This document shows positions 1-9,183 of a stretch of 64,000 nt of DNA, piece after piece. The DNA comes from Mobula hypostoma. Lineage: Eukaryota. The notes below the pieces were generated by a model. The model was not told the origin of the DNA, did no database searches, and saw only the letters and a list, made by a program, of their open reading frames with translations. Position 1 is the first letter of the stretch, and each line of letters opens with the position of its first letter. Location: NCBI RefSeq assembly GCF_963921235.1, contig NC_086097.1, forward strand, positions 212,290,001-212,354,000, in the 5' to 3' direction. The translations under genes and the position numbers were made by a program.

Positions 1-438
1 CTGATGAGCACATTAACAACCTGGTCCCAGCAAGGGTGAAATTTGTTGCAGAAAGAGATATTTGTGGAGCTTGAACGTGATGATGTGAAAGCTTGCACTA
101 TGACTTTTGCCCTCTTCCAGAGTGATATTTGTTTCATTATCATGCACATACTGAACTGACCAAGAAGCCACTGCCACAAAGAGGTCCTTGGTTTTTTTTC
201 TTGGTAAGTATGAAGCCTACTGAGGCCATGATTCATCTTTCAGTATCCAATGCCAACTGGCACTTCATTCATGCGAAATGTATGGTTTAGTCTTTGAATT
301 TCATGCATTTTGTATAGAGTTACTTCAATGTGAGCAATCTGCATTGTTAGGCAGTTATTAACTAATCTTCAAGCATTGATAGAACTTGATAGATGAAGTT
401 ACCTGTTAATCTTCTAGTTGTTCTTCAAACTTTCTTTT

Positions 439-618
439 TAGGATAAGGTTAGCTTTATCTGTCACATGTATATTGAAACATTGAAGCATATAGTGAAATG
501 TGCTGCTTTTCATTAACGACCAACACTGTCCAAGGAGGTGCTGGGGGCAACCCACAAGTGTTGCCATGCTTCTGGCACCAACATAGCTTACCTACAATCA
601 ACATAGCTTGCCCACAAT
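439..618 (-). mobile_element. SINE 3' half (same family as 20207-20495)
   Basis: Reverse complement resembles the 3' parts of the repeats at 20350-20495 and 21320-21480 (gctatgttggtgccagaagcatggcaacacttg...tacatgtgacagataaagctaa). Confidence 0.65.
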
Positions 619-665
619 ATGTATAAGGCTGGTATTCATCTTCATCTTTACCTTTATTCGCAGGG

Positions 666-1790
666 CAGTGTTTCCCAACCTTTTTTTAGCCCAGTGCCCC
701 CCATGAAGCACGTGTAAAAACATCTCTACCGTATGCTAACATGAGAAAAATTATTCTGCTTTAAATTTTTATTTGTCTTCAAACCTAGTTTACACAGTAT
801 CTGTGCGCTGTACAGCAGCTTCGATATCAATGTGATCCTTGAGCTTGATGGTCTTTAGCAAGAATTGAAATATTTGGTTCAATCTGTGACAGCAAAAGCC
901 TTAAGTCCTCACGTGTAATAACGTCCAAGTGGTTTCTGTTTTCTTGTGAGTATGTGGTTCACTGCACTGAAGCCCCTTTCAATGAGGTAGGAGGGTGGAA
1001 ATGCAATGAAGAGCAGTTTGGCTCTTCTACAAAGACCAGGAAACTTCATATGATAGTGTAGCTATATACAGCAAAGCCGACAATTTTGTAAAGCATTTTG
1101 CTTCTTCATCATTCTGAATTTCGATAATTTCTACATGCAAGCTCTTTCCTGTTTTTCCACCTTGTAATGAGACGAGTTAATTACCCAGTCTGGAATTTCC
1201 AGATCGTTCAAATCCTTGAACTGATTCTGAAAATCCTTCTTTAGTGACTGCAGGTGTAAGCAGTACTCTTGCAAATCACCATCTGTGAAAGAGAATTCTA
1301 TACTTTCCATATAGGGAAACTGTGAGAACATGCTTCTCCCAATGTTTTGCTTATATATTTCTGATTTTCTGATAAAAGTGGACACTGCATTTTTTGCCTG
1401 GATTAAATTGAAATTCTCACCCTGCAGGTTCAATTGTCATACAGATCAGCTAGGTATGTCACATCTCTATGAGAAATTTCGATTTTGTTTCCTAAGTTCT
1501 TGTTGACTTTCAGTAAATATTCAACTAAAGTGTCAAAAACATCAAAGAAATGTTTTAAGCAGCATCCTTTTGACAACCAATGCACTTCAATGTGAAAAAG
1601 CAAGCATTGTTATCTTGGCATAACTGGTGAAATATTCTGCTATTTAATGGATGATCTTTAATTTTGTTGATAGCAGATATTACAAGAGTCATACTTGAAA
1701 AAAGTCGCTGGCTGAGGTTTTTGGCTGTGAGATGTAGATGATGAATTACACAATGGATTACAAACAGGCTTGGAATTTCTTTTTTGAATA
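666..1790 (-). mobile_element. hAT (Charlie/Buster-like) DNA transposon remnant, 3' end with one TIR
   Basis: Terminus CAGTGTTTCCCAACC at 666; contains transposase fragments; cut off at about 1790 by a CR1 tail. Confidence 0.85.
827..1790 (-). pseudogene. Frameshifted hAT transposase, C-terminal half
   Basis: IHCVIH (CxxH motif), NLQGENFNLI, LFIAFPPSYLIERGFSAV (dimerisation domain) and the C-terminus DLRLLLSQIEPNISILAKDHQAQGSH*, in several frames. Confidence 0.85.
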
Positions 1791-1870
1791 AACAATAGAC
1801 AATAGGTGCAGGAGTAGGCCATTCGGCCCTTTGAGCCAGCACCGCCATTCACTGTGATCATGGCTGATCG
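1791..1870 (-). mobile_element. CR1 LINE 3' tail
   Basis: Reverse complement of gatcagccatgatcac...ggccgaatggcctactcctgcacctatt, same as 14712-14780. Confidence 0.8.
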
Positions 1871-1892
1871 TGGTTTACAATTCTCTGCAGAT

Positions 1893-2287
1893 TACTTTGA
1901 TCCTGTGCAGTAGCCAGCCCACCCCACTTCACGCTACTGTATCAGACAGTGATGCAGCCAGTTAAAATGCTCCCCATGGTACATGTGTAGAAATTTGTGA
2001 GTGTTTTAGGTGACTTACCAAATCTCCTCAAAATCCTAAAGAAATAGGTTGTACCTCATTTGTAGAAGCATCGATACGTTGGGTCCAGGCCTGGTCCTCA
2101 GAGGTACTGACGCCCAAGAACTTGAAATTGCTCACATCTTTCCACCACTGATGCCTCTATGAGGACTGGTGTGTGTTTCCTCGTCTTACCCTTTCTGAAG
2201 TCCACACTCAGTTCTTTGGTCTCACTGACATTGAGTGCGAGGTTGTTGCTGCGACCCCACTCAACTAGCTGATATATCTTGCTCCTG
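1893..2287 (-). mobile_element. Rex1/Babar-type LINE RT fragment
   Basis: Minus strand reads FKFLGVS...KTLTNFYTCTMGSILTGCITV, matching the Rex1-like copies at 50190-50390 and 57235-57474. Confidence 0.75.
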
Positions 2288-2798
2288 TCATCTCATGGAA
2301 GCGTCTAATTTGAGTAATTAGGAAGAATACTAATATATGGATCTTCTTCCCCTTATCCCTGTCATATCCCAGCATCACGTTCCTTCATAGAGAGAGACAC
2401 ACTGCAGCTTGCTAGCATACCTCCCTGTGACCTGCCTCCTGCTAACCCAAGCTGCACATGTCTCAAGTTGGCAGTCTGTGCTCTCAGAGTGGCCAGCAAC
2501 AGCTGATTGTCAGAACACAGTTCTACTTTCTCATGTTCACTTCTCTAATGTAGAAATGCACAAGGTGAATTCACACTGGGAAATGCCGCTAAATTTCTGG
2601 TGTGACTTGAATTACCCAGAAATGGTTGTTATCACCTTTCATTCTTGGAAATGTCTGTTTTGAATTGTGTGGCACTGAAATAAATAGTGTTTTGTGATTG
2701 AATTTCACTTTCTCATTAACACACAGACACATGTGCCCAGCAGTTTCTTGACCCTCAATATGTTAGTATTGATATCTTGTACTCAACTATTTGATGTG

Positions 2799-2812
2799 GT
2801 TACCATGGCAAC
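2799..2812. promoter_or_regulatory. RFX X-box motif
   Basis: GTTACCATGGCAAC matches the palindromic X-box consensus GTTNCCATGGNAAC, in non-repeat DNA. Confidence 0.55.
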
Positions 2813-3289
2813 ACATGATCCTTATTTTCCTTGTGTAAGGTGCTCCAGACAAACAGTATTTTGCCCATCACATCTTTGAAAATTGAGCTCTGAAGACCAG
2901 AGAAGAAAATTCCCAGTTTGGAATTCCCAAGATGTGGTTGGGCTGCTTCACGACAGGCAGCAGAAACACAGACCAGGTTTCCAAGAAACTGACAGTTGCC
3001 AAATTTTGTATTCTAAATCGAGAATTTAATCAAGAAATACCCTTGGACTATGATTGAGTCCCCAAAAGGGGTTAAGTTGGCATAACTGTAGTTTATTTCT
3101 GTAGAGGGTACATGCTCTCCTACTTCAGCTTCTTTTACGCCACCGACTTAGCTGAAATCAGTTTGTGACCATGATGATGTTACAGGCTGAAGCTTCACTG
3201 TTATTGCAACCGTTCTATTAGCATCATTTTCCATTTTCAGCCTCAACCACAGCCTCTACATCTATGCCATTGATTAAATCTTGTGCTAT

Positions 3290-4118
3290 AAACAACCTTG
3301 ACATTTGTCTCCTTACAAGCAGCCACAAAACAAAGAAACCCAATAGAACCCATTAAAAAAAGATCATCAAACATCCAAAATGCAGAAAAAGAATCGTGTG
3401 AAAAAAAGTAAACAAATAACATTCAGAACTAAAGTTCAGGAAAGTGAGTCCGCAACTTCAGCCATTACTGCAGCCAGTCCAGGAGCTCGTTAGATGTAGG
3501 TCACATCCTCAGTTCAACACAGAGATGAGTAAAACTCCTGAGCAGCGAGCTGAACGTGGCTCTAAAACCTGACCTTTCCAATCTGATCTGGTGCTTAAAT
3601 CGGCCAAATAGCGGGCATTCCTGTCAGACCTGGGCCCTGCTGCTTCGATATGATCTTAGGCCCAGGCCACGCCACCTGGACCTGGCTCATACCCAACCTT
3701 TCTGATCTGACTCGATGTTTAATCGGTCAAACATCAGCTTGTTCTTCGCTTTCGGGCCCAGGCCCTGTCACCTCAACTCTGCCTTGCCTCAGTTCTGCCA
3801 TTTTGAATTACCTCCAAGTCTAACTCAGCAATGGCCAAACATTGGCTCAGTCCCTTCTCTTGAGTCTGGGCCTCGTCACCTCAGTTTGGCTCATACACAC
3901 CACACCACAACCCTCTGAGCCTTCAAGACTTCAGTTCACATCTTAGAAATGCCTGGGTGTACGGGTGGTTCGAAAGCTCAGCTCTGAGGGGGAAGTCACA
4001 GGCTACTGACTGCAGTGATCATTTTCGTGGAAAAAAGTGTGATTATTAAAGGAGTTAATAGTTTGATTTGCTGAAAGCAAGACTTCACTGTGCTTCACCG
4101 GCACCATCTTAAACTGGA
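3290..4118 (-). mobile_element. Non-coding (non-autonomous) retroposon
   Basis: Shares blocks (gacctgggccctg...tcgatatg; ccatcttaaact end) with 30440-31039 and its tail with 18956-19322. Confidence 0.6.
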
Positions 4119-5131
4119 AACATTTGAAAACTTAAAGCTACTGCCTTCAGCCTCAACCGCAGCTTCTATATCTTTACCATTGATGGACTCCTGTCTCAAG
4201 CTTATCCAAAATTTTGCTCTTACTTTACAGCTGGCTACCTATAAATCTGCTCAGATTTCAATTTATTTGTTAAAACTCTTGGCTGTCCTTCCTCAATGCT
4301 CTAACTTTCAGCTTATCCAATTTTTTTCTGTTATACAGTACTGTGATGGTTCTAGGTTTGCTGTCCACAAAATACTGAACTGTAATGAAAAGCTTAAGTC
4401 CTATCTGATATACTGTATCAATGAGTACCCTCAATGAAGGGAAGTTATACTTTAGCCACCTACTTTTCAAATGCTAGATCACTTCCCTGTTTTTCCTCCA
4501 TGGTGAGTTTAGTTGACAACGCCCACTTTTTCAGTGGTGTCCCCACCAAGGAGGAGATACTTCCAGCTAACAAAATAGTCTAAACACAGTTAAATTTAGA
4601 TAAAAATCCTAAAACACATTTAAAACTCTCAGAGAATTTCTATCTTGTGAAAGATTTCCAAATTAGAAATGATTTCTAAAACACAGGTACCATTCTAATA
4701 AACTAAAAAGACATACTAACAAGTTGCAGATGAACGAGTCATCTGTCGCAGAAATCGAAGGCAGATGAATGGACCCTAGTCCAACCCATCTTTTTGTCAT
4801 TCTGCTTATCAACCATTGACCATTTGTAAATAACCTTACTGCTCACTTACATATATACTTTTTTTGCCACTTTACAGGCATGTGATATTTTTTCAGATGC
4901 CTTTTTCACATAGATGGTCTAAAAGCTTCTGGCAACAGAGATCCCAAACACTCAAAGGTAATATTTCGAATGCTGACTCTCTGAATACACAGATCTCTCA
5001 ACTATTGACAAATCAGCTATTTGATGTGTGATGTGATGGTATTGGTCTGGTCTGTAAACTTCCTTGAACTAAATAACTTAGCCAGTGTTGACTGGTTTGA
5101 ACAGGCCAATTAATATAACCCCATTATCTTA

Positions 5132-5465
5132 CAGGGTGGTGGGGTGGAGATGTATCTCTACCAAAGGTGGTGTAAGGCTCTCCTTCTCTCCCTTAGCCTG
5201 CAGGTCACCCTTGAGCAAGGTGTAGCTTTTCTCCCCAATCAGGGTCATATGAAGCTATGGGTGCAGGTGGTGGAGGGTCGTATGGGCAGCAGGTGCATAT
5301 CACAAGTCCTGGTTGTATGAGCACTGACACCAGGCAGACAGTCAGTGAAGAGCATTTATTAAGGCTGGGGTCAACCATCTTGTAAAGACACTGCCCAGAT
5401 GGCAAACCACTTCCACCAAGACCATGATTGTCCACGTTTTATGACACATAATGATAAAGATGATT
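5132..5465 (+). mobile_element. SINE-like repeat with RTE-type 3' end
   Basis: GC-richer island ending ggcaaaccacttc...accatgattgtccacg...(tga)n-like tail. Family assignment is inferred. Confidence 0.5.
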
Positions 5466-6527
5466 AGTTTACACTGGATCCCTAGCACAGTTAGCCGCTT
5501 GCTCTGGGTCAGTAGGTCCATGCTCTATAAAGAGTGATGTTTGTTTGCAAAGCTGTCCGTTTAACATAAGATTAATTATTGCCTGTAATTTACATTAAGA
5601 ACTGAAGACTGGTTCTTGTTTACAACAGGAAGCTGAAGAAGAAATATTGGTTGGAAGTTTAACTTACTCAGAAACAACTCTTTGGTCTCAAAAAATGTCA
5701 GCTGCTGTGTTATAAAGCTAAGCTTGGCAAAAAGCCCTCTCAGCCCGAGGCAGTGAATATCCAACAAGTGATTGGTATCAGAACCACTCATCATTAGTAT
5801 TTTCTGAGGTGTACTTTGAATCTCTGACAGACATCTCAGATACATCCTTCCTTGTAATTTTCTTTTCCTGGCTTTAAGAATCATCTCCTTGAACACCATG
5901 TTCCTTTACCCTTCTCCTATACTTAATCATGGGCAGCAGTCCACTCACTTGGCTTCTTCTACGTTTTGGAAACCCCTTTTAAAATTGCATTCGCTTATCC
6001 AACTACTCATCCTTCTGCAAGAATCCCTTAAAACCAAAATACCTCCTTGGCTTGTATCCATGTTTAGCCATTTCTTTGCTGAGCATTTGGGGACAATTAT
6101 TTATGTAGGAAAATACATGTTTCGTTTGTTCTTAAGTTTAAGCTGCATACAGAAAGGAGAGAATTGATTCATGTACAATCAGAAACTATGATCAAATATT
6201 TTTCAATTCATTTGAAAAATCAAATTTCTAATTTAAGCAAACATAGTACAGAGCAAATCTCACCAACATATGCCAATGATATTAAATCTGATTCTGATTC
6301 TGATGTAGATTTGCAGTTCAAAGCAAAATATTTTGTTCTATTTCATGTAACTATTTCCCTTACAATATTCTTTGCATGCAAATAATTGGTACTTTTAAAA
6401 CATAATTAAATTTATTAATTGTAATGGCATAGTCCTCTCTCTCAACTCAGAACTCAATTGCTGTTTGATACTTCTGTTCCTTGGAATGGCGAAGGATTTT
6501 TCAGTAACCAGGTAGAGTAACAAGTGT

Positions 6528-6546
6528 CTGCCAGCAGGGGGCACTC
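6528..6546 (+). promoter_or_regulatory. CTCF-like binding motif
   Basis: ctgCCAGCAGGGGGCACTc, close to the CTCF core CCASYAGRKGGCRS, isolated in AT-rich unique DNA. Confidence 0.55.
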
Positions 6547-8230
6547 ACATCTCATGTATTAAATAAATTAGAATCCAATAAGCACAATCAGGCTAACATT
6601 ATATAATCAGCACCTTATCTTGTAAAATCTATTAACAACACTCAAGGGAAAACACATGTCATTCTTCTTAATTAACAGTTTGCCCACTGGCTGGTTTTGA
6701 AGTAATGGTTTTGCAGAGTTTGTAACTTAATAAACTAAGCCTCCTGTGAACTATTTGTTTACATTTTTCAAAACATATTCTCTTGCCAGAAATGAAGAAT
6801 TAGGAAAATATAGAATATTATTAACACTGCTCCAGTTAAAGGAAGTTATAAAGAATAATACAATAAACTTCAGACTGACTGCTCAAGGGTATGGGAACCT
6901 ACTGTAGAGAAATGAACAGAGACAGCAGATGGTCAGAAGTGAACTGTAGAGTGCATGTGGTCTCAAGTTGGTTTGAGTAAAGGATGTACAAGTACAGCAG
7001 AACCACAAATAGGCACCAAGTTAACAAGCCTCTCGTCCATATGCATCTGTAATCTATCCCAACCATCTGTTAGTTTTATACAAGCATATTTCCCTTCATA
7101 CTTAGAAATTAACATGAAGATGTGTTGGGTTGCTATGAGGATGTTATCAACATGGAAAGGTAATGATCACCCAACCACACTGTAATGATGTCTGCCCAGG
7201 TTTCAAAGTTAGTAGGCAAAACATTTGCATTTTCTCAAGCACAAACATGCAAATTATAGGGAGAGAACTGTGAGAAAGTGTCTTTTATGAGATTATACTT
7301 CATATGACAGGGGAATTGTAGCATGATGCTTTTCTTGCGAGGACATAGATCCATATTGTGGTCCATGGAAATTTGTTCACAGATTATGCATATCTTAGTT
7401 GTTGGGAAACAGAGAGTGTGCTGAAATAACTCAACCACATTGTGCAAAGCAGCCAGCAAGTGAACTCTGCTTCCATACTTATATAACAAGCTTTACTGCT
7501 CCTCCCCCTTAAAAGATGGCATGAATTCTGGAGGTTCACCAATTAGCTAGAAGATAATGGAATAGTAAGAAAATGCTTTAATAGAGCGAATTACTATTTT
7601 GTCACATTGTCTACGCGGTGCATTCCAAAACACAATTACAGACTAAATCAACTTATCTTTGGACACAAAGTATAGTTCTACTCATAAGACAAGAGAGGTT
7701 CTGCTCAAGTCAAACCCAGAAGAAGTGAAACACTTCTACAAAATAACTACATAAATCTAGCACATTTATAATTATGCAATACCATGGTTATAAAGGGTTG
7801 TTTTATAAAGAATGTTGGGGCCTAAAGTTGTTTTATAAAATGTTTAAGGCCTTAACATATTGGAGGTGATTTTATAAAGGAATTCCAGATTCAGATGGGG
7901 ATAGACAGGTTTGTTACTGAGATGTTTCTTTTGGTGGGGGAATTTAGCACTAAGATGAATAATTTCAGAATTAAGTTTGGTGCATTTAGAACAGAGAGGA
8001 GAAAAGATTTCTTCTCTCAGAGTGAACCTTTGGAATTCTCCATTCAGTTGTGGAGGCTGAATTATTGAATATAACCTAAGATCCTGATGGATTTGTGTAC
8101 TTCCAGAGAGTCAAAGGGAATGGAGAACAAGCAAACAACAGGAATTCTGCAGATGCTGGAAATTCAAGCAACACACATCAAAGTTGCTGGTGAATGCAGC
8201 AGGCCAGGCAGCATCTGTAGGAAGAGGTGC

Positions 8231-8266
8231 AGTCGACGTTTCAGGCCGAGACCCTTCGTCAGGACT
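8231..8266 (-). ncRNA. Minimal type I hammerhead ribozyme in PLE pseudo-LTR
   Basis: Minus strand agtc-CTGACGA-agg gtctcgg cct-GAAA-CGTC-gact: intact core, stem I agtc/gact, stem II agg/cct, palindromic ACGT stem III. Confidence 0.75.
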
Positions 8267-8407
8267 AACTGAAGGAAAAGTGAGTAAGAGATTTGAAAGT
8301 TGGAGGGGGAGGGGGAGATCCAAAATGATAGAAGACAGGAGGGGGAGGGATGGAGCCAAGAGCTGGACAAGTGATTGGCAAAAGGGATACGAGAGGATCA
8401 TGGGATC

Positions 8408-8849
8408 ATCCCTCCCCACTGATCTCCCTCCTGGCACTTATCCGTATAAGCAGAACAAGTGCTACACATGCCCTTACACTTTCTCCCTTACCACCATTCA
8501 GGGCCCCAAACAGTCCTTCCAGGTGAGGCAACACTTCACCTGTGAGTCGACTGGGGTGATATACTGCGTCCGGTGCTCCTGATGTGGCCTTTTATATATT
8601 GGCGAGACCTGACGCAGACTGGGAGACCGCTTTGCTGAACATCTACGCTCTGTCCGCCAGAAAAAGCAGGATCTCCCAGTGGCCACACATTTTAATTCCA
8701 CATCCCATTCCCATTCTGACATGTCTATCCATGGCCTCCTCTACTGTAAAGATGAAGCCGCACTCAGGTTGGAGGAACAACACCTTATATTCCGTCTGGG
8801 TGGCCTCCAACCTGATGGCATGAACATCGACTTCTCTAACTTCCGCTAA
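8408..8849 (+). pseudogene. PLE GIY-YIG endonuclease with in-frame stops
   Basis: ...FTCESTGVIYCVRCS*CGLLYIGET*RRLGDRFAEHLRSV...DLPVATHFN...LQPDGMNIDFSNFR*. Confidence 0.9.
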
Positions 8850-9147
8850 GGCCCCACCTCCCCCTCGTACCCCATCTGTTACTTATTTTTATGCACACAT
8901 TCTTTCTCTCACTCTCCTTTTTCTCCCTCTGTCCCTCTGAATATACCTCTTGCCCATCCTCTGGGTCCCCCCCACCCCCTTGTCTTTCTTCCCGGACCTC
9001 CTGTCCCATGATCCTCTCGTATCCCCTTTTGCCTATCACCTGTCCAGCTCTTGGCTCTATCCCTCCCCCTCCTGTCTTCTCCTATCATTTTGGATCTCCC
9101 CCCTCCCCCTCCAACTTTCAAATCCCTTACTCACTCTTCCTTCAGTT

Positions 9148-9183
9148 AGTCCTGACGAAGGGTCTCAGCCTGAAACGTCGACT
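9148..9183 (+). ncRNA. Minimal type I hammerhead ribozyme in PLE pseudo-LTR
   Basis: agtc-CTGACGA-agg gtctcag cct-GAAA-CGTC-gact. Confidence 0.75.

Noticed and set aside
827..1848. Domesticated hAT gene (ZBED8/FAM200/SCAND3-like)
   Set aside because: Multiple frameshifts, retained TIR and truncation by a CR1 tail. The N-terminus of ORF 1555..1848 is read from the CR1 insert.
5576..5899. 107-aa ORF and a + strand acceptor near 5628
   Set aside because: No recognisable domain in any frame; the + frames stop within 30 codons.
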